A stretch of 58,900 bases of DNA from Catajapyx aquilonaris (Eukaryota), in contig KZ537986.1 in the NCBI GenBank assembly GCA_000934665.2, forward strand, positions 124,001-182,900, written 5' to 3'. The notes below the pieces were generated by a model. It saw only the letters and a list, made by a program, of their open reading frames with translations. It ran no database searches and had not been told where the DNA came from. Positions 11,701 to 27,000 of the stretch are shown in pieces. Position numbers and translations under genes: made by a program. Numbering within the stretch: the first letter of the stretch is position 1; every line of letters begins with the position of its first letter.

Positions 11701-14700
11701 AATAGAAAATGAGCGATGGTCACAAAATATATCTAGTTGCTTACTCATAAGTCATAACTCATGGTTCACATTTTCTATTCAAATAACTAGAAGAGTACCT
11801 GATCCCTAAATAAGGCAGCTTTACATGAGGACGTATTCCGTTACAAGCGCCCCCTTTCACGACTCTGCACTCCTTTACTACAACGGCCAAAGGTATGAAA
11901 ATGCGACTCATGTTATTGCAAGGGTTCACGAAGCTCTCTGGCAAGCCTGCTGTGTCTTTTCCAGCGTGAGCATACACAGTACTGTACTTTTTTTTAAAAC
12001 TGTATACTCATCATTAATAAGACACTTCAAGGATGATTTTCCAGTGATTTAGTTGCACCTCTGAAACATGAGTCGTCTTCAGCGACAGCTTCTTGGCCCA
12101 GACAGTACATTGTTAGGGGTGGAAACCATTGCCCAGTTTCATGCGGGTAGCCAGAGTAAAATTATTTACTGTAACACTAATACAGTCGCTATAGCACGAA
12201 TATTATTTTAGAATCGGGGGAGCATGCGCAATGTGGCTGGCTCTCTTCTGGAGAATTGTGGCTCGAGCAGCATCTCTGGATACATCATGTCGCCGGTTAC
12301 TTAAAAGTTCCCTCGCTACAACATTCTCAATGTGCCCAATTATATCTACAGGAACTTCCCATTCAGCAAACAAGTATCGGGCTGGACCCGCAGTGTCTGG
12401 CGTAAGCAGACTCTAAAGACGCCTGCTTAAAACGTCACGTCTCCTAGGGCTCCCTTTCAGTTGCTCGCAGAGGCCGACACCTTTTCCCTCCCTAACAAAC
12501 CCGGCTCTTTGAACCAAAGAGAAAGTGCCAAGTCGGAGATAGTTTCCTGCGCAAAAAAGGCTTCTCAGATCGACCTTGCGAGCAAGCCGGTGATTATAAA
12601 AGATGAAAACGAATGAACTTGGGAGAGGTGAAATTCCCTCCTGCCTCCGCCCACTCCCTGGGGCCGCTTCTGCTGCTCAATAATTGCAGCAAGTAGCGGG
12701 GCGACGCCAGCAAGCTCCGTTCCAGTTCCCCAGATAAATTTCAAAGAGGGCAATGAGACGGGAGAAACGAATACGAGGAGACGCCAGAGCTACGATTTAT
12801 AAACTGGGCTTCACTGTGCTCAAATCACTCGTTTGAGCGTTTTAAAACGGAATGCGGAAGGGGGAGGCTGGGAGGGAGAAGGTTAAGAAAAGTGGAAGAA
12901 TGAAAGGAGGAGGGAGGGACCAGAAGAGGGAAAGGAGAAAAAAAAGAGGGAGGGGAAAAAAAAAACAAATCAATGGAGAAGTCACTCTGTATAGGCTTAA
13001 CCCCGCAATCTATTTCCAACCATCAATCACGGCAAGCTCAGCTACTTGTTTCACGCTCAATTGGCCGTAATTTATAGGAAAAGTCAAGGGACCTTTTCAT
13101 TACAGACGACGCTGGAGTGACGACAAAAGAAAAGCGGGGATGGGGAAAAGGGGGGGGAGGTAGAGGATCTTAAATGTCGATCATAATTCAAAGCAGTTCT
13201 AGCACATGATCGGCTGACAAGTGCCACCCAGCGGGGGAAATGACACTAAATGTGCAGCCCTGTCAATCTTGCTCCCTGCTAATCAACCATCCTTCTGCAA
13301 CGCCGTTGTGTGCTTAAACATTGACACGTAAGTGTGAAACAGTCAACATAATTAAGTCCTCAAATCCTGTTATTTACGGTTTACGGCGTGCCAGGTGATG
13401 TACATTAATGGACGCAAATAAACCGTGAAAATGTATACGGGCGCAACATATAAAATTTGACGACTTGTGTACACGCAGCTACAAGCCAATGGCGGTTTTG
13501 GCGCCGATACAGAGCGCTAATTTTCCGCGTTACGCAACAAAAGCCACTAATGTGCCATGGCAGTCTCAACATTACCCAGCTAACTGGACTTCATTAAAAA
13601 TTCTGGGCTCGAACACACAACTCGAAATGCAGACGGCAAATCATATTTGCAGGGGGAGGGGGGCAGCAGGGGGAGGGGAACGCCATTTGGAATATGTTGA
13701 CGACGAAATGACCTTGTTTTCATTGTTTATTTACTACTTCCATTGGTAGTGTTTACATTGTATGGCCCCAACTGTATGTGCCATTTGCTCCGCAAATATT
13801 GTCATGTTAATGCTGTCCATTGGAAAGTGATCAATGAGCATTCCACGCATTGAATATCATTACGTTTCAAAGCCAAGTGCGGGTAAATAGCATTAAGCCA
13901 TGCATTATTGACCAGTTCAACCTCCCATCGTGGGGGGCCACAATGTATTGATTGCGGGGATGAAAATTATGGCCGTATTAAACACAGGTGAAGATGCTGC
14001 TCCAAAGGCCCTCGTATACATCGAACGATCGTTCCGGTCGGGGATATATCCCCACCAAAACTTTGGTTACAATATTCCAATCTCGTGTTGCTCGGTATAG
14101 TTAGGTCAAGTTTTCGACTATGTGAGCAGGCTTTAATTCCTCGCAGCATGAAAAATGTCCCTGTTGTATTTTTAACCATGAACCTTATCCCACCATATCT
14201 ATCCTGCAGAACAGCCCACGCTTCGAAGGGATGGTGCGGAAGTACCGTACGGCTCATTATAAATACAAAATCGCCTTCTCCTTCATTATACGAGTATAAA
14301 GTTGAGACAAAGGCCTAATTACGACTACTAGGAAGCTTGTGAATACTCCTTGCAAGGCCAGTTGGATGGCAGAATAGGACATCGCTTGACATAAAATGCT
14401 GCCGATTACAATCAAGCAGTGTGACGCAGTTCTAGGGACTTAATTAATTATTTAGTCGCCATGTGCTAGAATTTTTATTGACTCCTTTCACATTTCTGAA
14501 GAGTAGAGAGCATGTGGTCAGCAACTGTGGGACACGGGATCACACGGATTTGGAAGGATCGAAAATGTGGGACTTCTGGGTGGGGCTAGTTTTACCGGTA
14601 ATGTCCCCACCCTCCACTTCCCTCCCTGGTTGCGATTCCGCGCAACAAAAGCTCATTACCGAAGGCTGCGAAATCACGAGTTCTATGACCTCATATTCCG

Positions 14701-17700
14701 CCAGCAACCGCAAAACATTCATCATACAACAAAAATGAAGAATCTACCTCCCCAGGCCCACCATTAGCGAATCTTTCCGTATAAAGAAAACGCAATCACA
14801 CCTGGGCATCTTATTCCCTCCCACCATAGATATTAGAGGGCCTCCCACAAAGGAGGCCAAACAGTCCTTCGAGATCCTATCTGGTGGTATGAAACCATAG
14901 CATTCATCCATTATATCCAACCCAACCTGCAAAGAAGATGGGGGATGGGTAAGGCCCCCGGGTCGGTCGCTGTCAACCCAGAAGGCCGAATCCACCGGTC
15001 AACCTTGGTGCTAATCTCCGCTGTGGTGTCCCGTGCCAAATTCCACACAAGGTGCGGACACTTTATCCCATTAATCACGGCGCATTAACGCGCATCCTGA
15101 GGGAGTGCCCCTTTCCTCCTCCTCCTCTCAACCGGTAAATAACATCTGGGATGGCGGGGGCAGACCGGGGGGGAGTTGCAGACTTTACCTTCCACCGGCG
15201 GCTTTGCTAAGCGAAAGGCAGCAACCTCCCTTTGCCATATCGACCAACCTTCTCCCTGACTATGATCCCGAACTAATTACATGCATAAAGTAAGGACACA
15301 AGGTGGTGGCTCCGAGAAAAGGGCTGCGATACTCCTGCAGTTTCTTCCATCGCGTTGCCCTTGGGCGCGTGGCTGTACTTTTTAAGCCTGTTAGGCAAGT
15401 GGCAGTTTGTTCCGCTAGAATTCATCCGGGGCTTATGGCACGTTCGCCCACGGACACAATAATGCATGCTCTGCGCAATACATCGTCTGGCCCTAACTCT
15501 GCAGCCGACACGAGAAGAGTCTGGGCCTACACTGCACATGCCTTTGGAAAATCATACCTGGTACTGAAACCTTACATTTACAGGCAGGAAGGAGTAAAAA
15601 AAAAACTTCAGGCCGCGTCACTGGTCTTAAAATCCTATGTAGGTTAGTATCCGCGCAAATTTTATCGTTTCACATGGTCTGTCCTAGTATCGTTAATTAA
15701 TAACTACTGCGAATGCCTTGCATGTGTTTGCGCTCTAAGCGTTCCCTAAGCCGTCTGGAAAATGTCAATAATTGCGAACTTATTCCCATCAGATTTTCCA
15801 GGCTCAACATGCATAGCCCACAATAATATTTTCCGGTTTACATAACGTGTACCTGCTCCGTGTGAGCCAGACTGCCCGTCACTTATGTAATTGGCACATC
15901 ATGTGGGACAAAAATGCCGGTTATATATAACGCGGAGGTGTACCACTCCCCAATTAATTCGAATCGCCGTTGTTGGCATCGCTCCCAAATCATTGCCCGT
16001 AGCCTACTTTGCAATCAACGTGATGGTGCCCACAGGTGACACTGACTCACCGTGTGAGTGACCCCGCCATAAAACCTGTCTTCACACCCAACAGCAACTA
16101 ATAAAATGATACTACACACTCACTCTCCCCTACCCAGAGACCATCGCAACACGCACGATGTCATGCACATGCTGCATTTTTTTTTTCCAACTCCTAGCAA
16201 ATGCAGGTGTTGGGGGTTTGTTTTGCCAGCAGCATCAGGACCCACTTAATGGACCCCCAAAGGTGACGAAACCGCCCCCCCATTCGTAGGGAGGGTTAAG
16301 TCCAATCCAATCTCTAGGCTGGCCCTGAAATTTTTAATTCCAAAAAAATGAGATTTCACTTTGTATTCCCAACCTGACTAATCCAAGCGCAGCCAAATCG
16401 AGTCGCAGCCGTCGCCTCTAATCCCCGAGACGGGAAGAAAAGCAGACACGTGGGGGGAGGTGAGGGGGAAGGAGGGGAAATCGGAGGCTGAGGCAGAAAA
16501 GGAACAGCTCTCGGATGATACCGGGGAAATATTGGCAAGGGAGCCTGCGGAACTTTATGATGATGAAAGGAGAAACTGATCAGACAAACGCCTGCCGCGC
16601 TCAAGAATCGTCGGGAAGAAAAAACCGTACCGCTCCAACAGCTTCCTTTGTGTTATCCGAAGCTAAACTACTTGTTCTAGTTTTCCAGTAGGCAAATTTC
16701 ACAGTTCAATGCCCTTTGCAAAGGTAATGCTTCAAGTTCGGCACAAGGCGAGTGGCATTCACATCTGCAACACTTGCTCCAACTCTGGTCTTTTTCACGG
16801 TGTATAGTGTGGGCTGTGCAAAACCTGACTGCATTATTTTTAGATGCTCTTAATTCTCACTTAATTTGACGGCTGCATGTTGCACCTCGCATTTCCTGTC
16901 TGGTTCCGGACGTGATGTATAGCTAATCAGGTAAATTCCAAACATGAGCTGCACGAAAAGACTAATTACTGTACAAACGGCCTTAGCATTATTTCAGCCA
17001 CTATAGTGCTCATTGCCGCACGACTCATGAATGAAAGCGTAGTACGTGAAAAGGTTACTTCAAGTCAATATCTGCAGCTGTTTGAAAGGATGTACGATAA
17101 GAACTGCAAGGTCTAGAATGAATGCGTCCACAAGAGTGTTGTATATACACCTGCGCCAGTGCGCGGAAATGACATTGTCGGATATAATTGTAAAAAAAGA
17201 GGGCTCGTGCCATAAAACAGGACTGTTGACAACTAACCAAACTCTGGTGTAATTCTCCTAAACAAAAATGATAAATTATGCAGCGAAAATCAGGTGTGCA
17301 TGTGCCACTATATACCAATGCTAAATTTCATAGCCTACATATACGACTCCTCGTCAGTGAAAAGCTATTTATTCTCTTACTAACCATTATTAAAAACCCA
17401 TCCTCGTGTTCTTAGCAAGTAGGACTACCGCGGCTATCAGTGTTTCCTGTTCATGTTACTCTAAAAATTAAAAACTCAAAACCAACTGTACAACCTATAT
17501 CGCAAGTGTATTATTTCATGGCGCTCGTTGGATACGTGTCGATTTTTTTAAACAATATGATCACGTGAACATTCCTTCAATCACGCAACCTGACGTAAAT
17601 AACAATTCAGGGCATTTTTGGCACGTTTAGGCTGCTCAGAATATCGCGGATTACTCAGGCGGCGAAGCCATAGCGGAGCAAAATTTTCAATCTGAAATTC

Positions 17701-20700
17701 GTGCGCAGAAATTCATCCATTACGCCAATCAAATATTCACCGGTAACCACAAGCCATTTTTTCCGATCATCATGATGGGATGAGAAATCAACGCCACCTT
17801 TATTTTTCACGTCCATTTTAACTGAGAGCATGTATGTGATGTGAAAGTGGTCCAATAATTATGTCAGCCCGCGATGTCATGGACAACATAAAAACCAAAG
17901 CCCATGCATTATGACAGGCAACACGATCGCGAGTCACTAATTGTCAAGGTGATAACAATCGCTTACTTGTTGTCCAACCTCCCTCCCAGCAGGTACATTT
18001 GCTGCTTTCAATAAGCATACCATCAATCTTTTATGGGAGGGAGGGGGAGCATATCCGTGCTTTACAAGGCGGAAGTGATGACAGGTTACAAGGCATGTGC
18101 AGAGGGGTTAGGCCCTGGAAATACCCCCATGCATTCGGCCCCCATTGCTGCATGCCCACCGTAATAATGCAGTTATTATGCCTATCTGCATCGAATCTAG
18201 TACGCACAAACTGCCGTCAGACGATGCGAGGCAAACAGCCACCTTCAATATTTTGAAAGCGCATTCAGATGTATTGATCTCAAATCAGAATATCGTCCTA
18301 GCTCGTTTCCCAGTTCCTGTAAGAACAACAGAAAAATGGAAATCTTACCTATTTAAGATGCGCTCGGAGAATTCTCTGGAATTGAGAATACATGCTGCGG
18401 GGCACGATTCCTATAGCAACGTTTCACAGTTCAAAAAACGCAGACAATTTCCAACCTTTGCAACGCTCATATTTTTTTTTGCAGTGGGATAGAAACTCCT
18501 GCCATGCAGTATCCACCACTGGCGATTTACGTATAGTGTGTCTGTGTTTCGGCTGTGCGCAACATCATCCGTGTAACTGTTCACTCACTCACATGTAAAC
18601 TTACCCTGACCCAGCTCCTGAAATAGTTTACAGGTTACATTACTTTTATAACACTAAACGATCACCATTGAAATGCATTAATTCCACCTGTTCAGGCGGG
18701 GGATAAATTATACTCATGCATCAAATTCATAAAAACTGCAAGGTACACGCTTGCTACCCTGCTGACTTCTAAAAAGTAACTCAACACTACCAATTACTGC
18801 GTCCACAATGCTAACACCCTACAGTGTGGCCTGCATGACATCAAACAGCGCAGATGAACAGAGTATTTAGCAAATTTTAAATCGACGGGGCAGTTTCAAA
18901 GAGAATGGCAGAGCGTAACGAGGACATGCATGGACGCTTGTAAGAGTGTTTTTATTCCAGTTATTGGCTTATCTCCACTTTCACGGGCAATTATTGGTCA
19001 TTTTATAGCAGGCAAAAGGGCCATTCGCCCCCACAACGCCAATGACTCATGACGACAAAAACTTGGTCAATCACCAGGGATGATTTTCAGTTACTCTAAC
19101 GAGCTCTGACTTACTGGTTACCAAAAAAAAAGGGGGAGGGAGGATAGCAGCAAACACGCTGTAAAAACGTAACCCCTGGGATGCACCTTACACATCCAGG
19201 GTCCGACCCCTCTCCTCCCTGGCGCTTGTGTAGCATTTGCTGGCGCTGGCGTCGTTATGTTGCCTACGCTTTGCTTTGCCTCCTCATTACGCCAAATGAC
19301 CCGCCATTGTTCCCCCGGCATAAAGGGACAAGTGGCGATAAAATACGGTCAGCGCAGTCATAAGCCATTCCCGGCCTGAGCGCCAACGCTAACGACTTCG
19401 GTAGACAATGATCAGAGCTAAGTGCCAGCAGGATGTCAGCAAAGGTTACAGTCATTACTGGCGGGGGCGAAACGGTGGCCCAGCAAGGGGGGGGGGGGGG
19501 GGNGGGGGGGTGAGGATGGGGGTAGAGGGAGGGAGAAAGGGAAACGTGGGTCAGTTTCAAAAGAAGCGCAGGATCATAAAGGCAGGTATTATTCCTGGAA
19601 TCGGCCGAGTGGCAATGAAAACTGCCCCACTGGACGCGAGCCAAACTCTATCGCGCATTTTTTTTTAAACGCCATGTCAAAGCATCTATCGCCTCTTCAT
19701 GCACACGACCTATTTATAGGAAAAGTAAATCAGGAGTCGCGACAGTCAATTGGGTCGTTATGCGATTTGCCGTTTGTGCCCCAAGTAGCTCTTACGGAAT
19801 AAACACCCCCAGATATGGTTCATCAACTGAGGGCACTTTCCACCCATGAATGGAAACCTTAAATAGTTCTTCGCCTCCGTATAGCGTGCAAGGTTACAAA
19901 CCGTACAAATGTCCCACTACCCTTCCACGCGGCTACAGTAACTTGCCTCTCCCATAAATAAAGCAACCGCCACTTTAATATTTCACTCTGTACCTGTCAG
20001 GCAAGAAATGCCGCGAGTCGGTATATAACTCCTAATTGAAGGGTCACTACAACTGCTCAATTTTTGGCCTGAAATGAGTTTAGCTCCTCTAGCGAGAATC
20101 ACAGTCCTATACTCCACATCTAATTACGCAACGATTCAATCTTCCAGCATCAAAATGTTTCTAGCAAACGGCCAATAAATCACAGAGATCCTAGTATTGC
20201 TCCCTGTGCAAACAAGAGAATTGCACATAATACCGCGAGCTAAAATGTCCAGTTTATTCCCATTACATTTTCCGCAAGCCTCCCTGCGCTAATTGGTCCA
20301 CGCTCGCCGGTTCCCACATTGAGAACGAAAACATCAGATGTAATCTATATCCATTGCGGAGATTATCACAGTGTTCGCTTAAGTGTATAACTGATTACGA
20401 GTCTCCATGATTGGAGGGAAAAAAAGAAACGGTACAATTATTATTATGAAATAACAATGCGCTTTATCAATCTGAACATGCAATTACACGCGCTAAAAAC
20501 TACGGCTGCCGCTCAAAGAGAAATTATGTGAGCCACTATAATTGTGCAGCGGTCACTGGAAGGTGCAGTACCATTCCTACCGTGATAATTCCCCGTTGGG
20601 ATACCCATCATTTAGATGTTGATTTTTCCACATCACGGCACATCGAAGGAACTCGTTGGCACCATTCTTCATGCCCCTTTCATCCACTACTACAGCAATG

Positions 20701-22799
20701 TGGGAACCGGTAAGAGCTATAAACCGGCGTAAAAAAATGTCGGTCAATGCGATCGAAGCTACAAAAATGCAAAATTACACGAAGAGACTTCATTTGATAC
20801 TCTGTGAAGTTACTGAACATATGCTATGCAAACATGTCTGCAACTAGGATAATGTAAGGTGGTTTTAATAAAGCATTCCATTCACTTGTCTCAGGCACAC
20901 AAATCTCACAACACACGATACCAGCCATCCACATAACTATGATTGCAACACAACCCTTTTAATCCGTCATGTCCTCTCTCCTTATTATATCCGCGGCAGG
21001 CACGGAGGCGGGACATCGCAGAAGCCAAGAAATTCTTAGGCTTCCAGCACTGCATTCCGAAGACCCCAATAACAAGACCAATTTCAAAGGCTTTCTTGTC
21101 ACTGACGCTTGGCTCTTTTCTCCGTCAATTTCGACCTGTTTCACTAGCCTCCGCTCCTGTTTCCCCCCCCCCCCCCCTTTCCCCCTATACCATGCTAAGA
21201 GACGCGACAAGTATATTGTTGCCAGGCATCTCAAGACCCTCACCAGCTCCCTTTCCTTGGAGCAGGTGCTCGATTTTCCGCCACATTGTCCTTAATCTAA
21301 TGGGGGTATCAAGTTTTATTTTCATTATAGTCATCAAGAGCCGGGGGGAAGGGGGGATTCGTGACAGTGTTCCTTCCCCTGCACTAAAGGCCATGAAAAT
21401 GAACTCGGCTCCGGGTCGAGGTTGCTCCGCAGTGACATTTAAGCCCAGGAAGGTTCCCTCCGTTGATAAGCACGATTAGTGACGTTAAGTGGATGAAGAA
21501 CAACAACAAAAATGGGTGGTTGGTTCTGCCTAAAATGATCAAGTGGACCTGGAAGCCAGGCATTTAATTTCGCTAATTTTCTGTGCCGGTGCCCGCTTTT
21601 TATACGCGGCTCTAATACCACAACACCGCAAATGACAGAACTCACATCTCACTTGTGCGTAAATTACAGGTTTCCTCCCCGGCGCCCCGCCATTACCATG
21701 CATGGGTTTACAAGACTCGAATTTTCTGCCCCTCTTTTCACCATATCGATTTTACATCCGCGAATTATTAAATTCACAGCAGTGGTTGGCATCACGTTGC
21801 AGCCCTGCCATGAACGTCGGTCTGTGTTCAACAATAACTACAGGGCGTTGTAATAAATGTACTCGAGCGGGAAATTTAAAATTACTGATTAATTTCATGT
21901 TCGGGCTATGGATTGTGAAGATCTACAGCAATGGGGTCCCGAATTGTACCTATACTTCTTCAGTGTATGGATTATATCTTGAATTGGGTGTTAAACATTG
22001 CAAGGCATATTACTCTGAGGTGAGGTGATTCTTTTACATGGACTACGCTTACTTTTAGCGTGTCAATCCACAATTTATGTTGCTGTTTCAGTTGTTTCCC
22101 AACGTACCAGTACTGCTGAATTCGAGCAGTAGCTGTATTAAAATCTGAGGAATTTGGATGTAACAAAATTCACCTCATGTACACTACGGAACATATATGC
22201 ACAGCTGGTGCATTTCAAACATAGCATATTATGTCTTCCTTCATGTTAATTCATTACCTTGCTCTGTTTCAGAGCTAAGTATAAATGATTCAGACACACA
22301 GTACCACAACCCACAAGTGCAGTATGAATCGGCCATTAATGCTGCTCTCCAGTTTCATTACAGTATTTACAAACTGAAATTACATCCACCAAACTCTGCC
22401 TTTCAAGTAGTACTACACATCCACACTACGTGAATGTGACAGTAAGGCATACAGAGTATAGTCTAAATCAAATATTATGAACTTATCTCCCACCCACCAC
22501 CTTATCTTAATTCCACCCCCTTATGCAAACCAAAACGCCTCAAGGTGGTGCAAGGCCCCTATAGCAAAGAAGCAGTGTTTCATGTTACATATTTGTCACA
22601 AAGAACCTGGAAAATTACCCTATGTAAGACATAACAACTCTGCATCTTTGCGATCTCCTTAGATCACTAAGTAATCAAGTTTGGGTTTCGGTAGAAAGGG
22701 ACATTCAGATAAGGTGGTGAGTGGGAGATGACTTGTAAATTTGGATCCAAAATACCAGTTTCTCCCAGATTAAGTCCTCTGGGAATATTGCCACCAACA

Positions 22800-22947
22800 C
22801 AGTAAAACCTCGATATAATGCTCCTGCACTTAATGCCCCCTTTATCCGGTCCCTTGATTATTTCCATGGGGTAAATTTTCCCGCATATAATGCTATCCCA
22901 CTACTTTTGGGAGGTCCCTTGAAGAGTGTTATATTGAGGTTTTACTG
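22800..22947. mobile_element. pogo/Tigger-like MITE, copy 1
   Basis: TIRs CAGTAAAACCTCGATATAA...TTATATTGAGGTTTTACTG followed by TA. The interior matches the reverse complement of 54499-54670 (e.g. actacttttgggaggtccctt). Confidence 0.8.
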
Positions 22948-23368
22948 TATTTTACTGTATTTTTAAAAGCCTACGTCAAGAATTATTCTACTCTATATGA
23001 AATTCTACTGGCAGCATTGTACAGGAATAATATAATGCTACTTGCCTTACAAACGAAAATAATTACTAATGACTACCCTTCCACTGTAAAAACTTCTGTG
23101 TTACAGATCATCCTGAGGAGCAGGAATGCCAACATTGGACAAAAGTAACTGCCCCTGCTTTTCATTGATAACCCTAAAAACTGAACAAGTGTTTATAATT
23201 TTCCAGTTTTCATGGCCTTGATGCATCACTTAGAAAAGACATACATCAATTAAAATAATATGCCATGCATACAACAGTTACTTTTGCCGACAAGAGCGCC
23301 TTATCTGCTCTTACCACTTACATGGTTTCTTCAGTACAGTATTTGAATTCCTTGATGAATTCAAAATA

Positions 23369-23684
23369 CAGGGTGGTTATAAAGTCTGGAACCAATGGCG
23401 GTATTGTTTTCTGATTACAGGTGAGCTATGGCACTGACAAAAGACGACCAAGTGGTGTTGATTCTTCTTGGTGAGCGAGATGGATGGATCTGGAGAGGTT
23501 AATAAGCCATAGTGCAGTTAGAAAATTGATTATTGACCTCATGAACATCTCTTATTTAACTTGACTGCCACTTCCCCTGCATCCATCCTTCTCGTCCACA
23601 ATGAAGAATTAACACCACTCGGTCATTTTTTTGTCAGTGCTATGTCTCACCTGTAATCAGAAAAGAATACAGCCATTGGTTCCA
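23369..23684. mobile_element. Foldback element formed from two 5' ends of a Tc1/mariner-superfamily transposon
   Basis: Begins TA|CAGGGTGGTTATAAAGTCTGGAACC. Positions 23387-23489 and 23581-23684 are imperfect ~100-bp inverted repeats, and each arm includes a transposase-start-like stretch (MALTKDDQVVLILLGERDGW). Confidence 0.7.
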
Positions 23685-23973
23685 CTGCAGAATAGATCTT
23701 AGCACTGCAAGACATCTAAAATCCACGTACAACAGAGGAATAACGTCAGCATCCTGCAAGTATTCTCCATATTTATTGGGCGATATTCACTTGGCCCCAG
23801 AACTAGTTTTACTCATGTAACACAAGGTTACAAAACTAAAACAGGAAAAAACTGGGCCTATTTCTCTGAGACGTAATCATTGAATTTTGTCATATTATTG
23901 GCTAAAATATTATGTGCCTCTCACTCATGTCCACCTAATGTTATTCTGACATTGGGGTAGGCAAATGATTCAG

Positions 23974-24089
23974 TACTGTAAAACCTGATGATGGCATAAA
24001 CACTGCATACCACACCATGGCTAAACAAAAATTCCGAATTGACTAGTTTTTGCTGAATCCAAGATCTATTATGATAAGATTTTACTGTA
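23974..24089. mobile_element. Degenerate pogo-like MITE
   Basis: Ends TACTGTAAAACCTG and AGATTTTACTGTA resemble the TIRs of the 22800 family; the interior is unrelated. Confidence 0.4.
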
Positions 24090-27000
24090 TTCAAATTCAG
24101 CAGTTACCTTCATTCTTCATTTCATATCATTTGTTCTTGTTTTATTATTTGTCACTGATCAATTTTAAGTCTCTCTTCTTGGACTAATGCAGAGGTAATT
24201 ACAGTTCAGGTCCTCAGGTAGTACTAATTTCTTTACAGACAAATTGCAGCCAGATCATAACAAAGGAAATGTCAACTCCAGTATTTCTTGTCCGGTGCTA
24301 TAAATGCTTCACAGCAGACTGGATCCACATCACTGCCATTTCTTTACATTAGTAGTAAGGAACTGGTCAAGTATACTTGAGGTCCTCTTCAAACTCTTCT
24401 CAGTACACAAAAAAATTGCATGCAATGTCCATCAGTAAACAAGATTTCATCGAAATATCTCATTACATGCAAAACTTATACACTACTTGTACTTTAATTG
24501 TGCACTATCAGTTTGGAATTACAGGAGCTGTGGAAGCTGAATAGTGTAGTAAATTTCCAATAAAAAACAGTGGAAATACTATCTTAATTGAGAAAATAAA
24601 TCCTCAAATTCTGCAATGCAAAAAATTAATAAACTATTATAATCTATTTTCATATAATTATTTTAATGTAATTCATGCAATTCTTAAAAGTGAGGGATCA
24701 TAATTTTTTTTGCATTCACTCCTCTATACCTTTGCCAAGTACATATAACTGAACTGGGCATTTTAAATGGCCACATGTGCCATGCTTACAGTTTGACTTG
24801 ATTCTCAAGTAGTCCTAGTACGTACATTTACAATGGTACCATGATGCCTCAGTTTCAACAATCAAGTTTTAAAGGCACTCTATAATAAATACTCTTATCC
24901 GATTTGTGCCACATCCAGAGAATGCAATGTATACAAATTGTAATTCACAAAAACTCTCCAAACTTGCATTACTTTATAACATACATCAAGTGTTGCATAA
25001 AATGTAATACAACCTATGCAAGAAACGTTCACAAATTACAGTTCGGAAATGCTGCAAGGGATATGAGATTACACAGTGATATCTATCTACAGTGGACTCA
25101 CTTCTTTACAAAATTCCACATTAAACAGGTCTTGTTGAATATGACAGAAATGTGTTGAAAATCACCTGCCACAAGAAAACAAAAGTTGCAGTGGACAAGC
25201 CTCCGCTATATATAAGTTTTGTTGTAAAGGATTGCACTGTACAAATAGACAGCAAAATATTAAATGATAGTCAGCCACCCTGTTGAGATCAACATGCCAA
25301 CACAAAATCATTTGGGAGAGATTCATTGAATTACCTTGTACAGAAAAGTATGCGCAAAAAAAATTATGGTACACTATGCTAAATGTACCAAAAGGAACAA
25401 TATATTCTAGACTTAGTTGCTCCTCACTTTCTCTCAACACTTAAAACTATACCAGACAGGTCAATTACTTCTAAAAAGTTATTGCCTAACTTCAAGATAA
25501 TAACGTCCCTTCATTTGTAGACCACATGCGACATAAGCACACTATCTTTACCTACATTAACCTTAATCACCTATCATCAGCAAATAAGTTCTAGTTTTGT
25601 AATTGCTCTTACAAATGTTTGCACATGTAAATAGCATATTAGAGTACATATTTAAATGGTGCATTGTGCTTCATCCCTGATTAAGTGTGTCAAACAACCA
25701 AAAACCAAGGGCTTTTCTATTGTTTATTTATTATAATGTTGCTGAAGAAAATAAATTGTAACACTGTAGGCTACCTACAATGGCCATCAACTACAGTATA
25801 ACCTACTAAAACTACAACCAAATAAATTAGCATCTATGATGTATAGGGCATCCAATATACAGTATATAGTTCTAAGAATTGGCCAATTCTTCAAATTATA
25901 ATAACTTTCAAGTGTGTGAAACTGTACTAAAAAGAATGCTTAAGGGGGAACATAAGAACCGAAAAAATGCAACTAAAATTGCTACTGACAAAAAGAGGTA
26001 CCTACCAAAAAACCCACTTGGTGGACTGCGATGTAAAACTGAACAAGTCAAGGTTGTCAAGGGTTGTTGTATCACGCTGTCATTTTCTTTTCTTTCATTT
26101 ATTTACATTAGTTCAGAGTAACCATAATTTTGGGACAGTCAAAAAGCAATAAAAGGGTTACCTGGCAGCTGGCCACTTCTTTGTAACTGTGCACCATACG
26201 TGACTCTTTTCAACACCTCGTGATCATAGCCCAAAATGATTAGCAATAGAGTTACCATACTACCTACTCTGGTACCCATAGAGATCTTCTCATCCTGCAG
26301 GATTTTGGAAGTAACCCTTTGCACTAGGAGAGGGTTGCTAAGGGGAAGGCAACAGTAATGAACAAAAAAACAAAGTTATGCACACAAAATGTTATGGACC
26401 ACTTTGCAGTGGCAAGTTTATGTGATTTGCTACTTGCAAAAAATACTGGCAAAGTGAAACAGGGAATGCGGGCCCTGTTTCATTGCCAAGTGAAACATTC
26501 AGATTTTACTGAAAAGCTGATGTTACTACTGAAAAACTGCTGTTACTTAACTGGCTGCAAAAATAGGACCCGCATTCTCCAACATAGACATGTACACTTT
26601 TCTCCTTGTTTGTTAAGTTGACAACAACAATAATGAAGAGTAATAATGAAAGAACTTCTCGCCACTGAATGAAGTTTAATGTTCTCGCTAATGAAGCTAT
26701 ATTTATAAACCCATTACGAGTGCAAAAACCTTTGCTGACATTGGTGAATTCTTTTCAAAGGGGGGAGGGTAATTTGGGGGGCAGTGTAGTGAAAAAATGA
26801 AAACGCTTACCAATTCTCTTGTGGCAGTTGCATTCCGATGTTCAAAATCGCCCTACAATGGGCGAAGGTACTTGAAATAGTAGTAATAGTAATATACGAT
26901 TGCTACCCTTTCCGAGTCTCTGCCGCCTTGCTTCAGGCACCCCACACAGAATAAGGTAAACAGCAATAAATAAGGAAGAGTTATACCTTTCCACTTTGTA

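Noticed and set aside
7300..21500. Many short ORFs and scattered TAAT/TGACTCA motifs
   Set aside because: The ORFs look random. Enhancer function is plausible but cannot be supported from short motifs alone.
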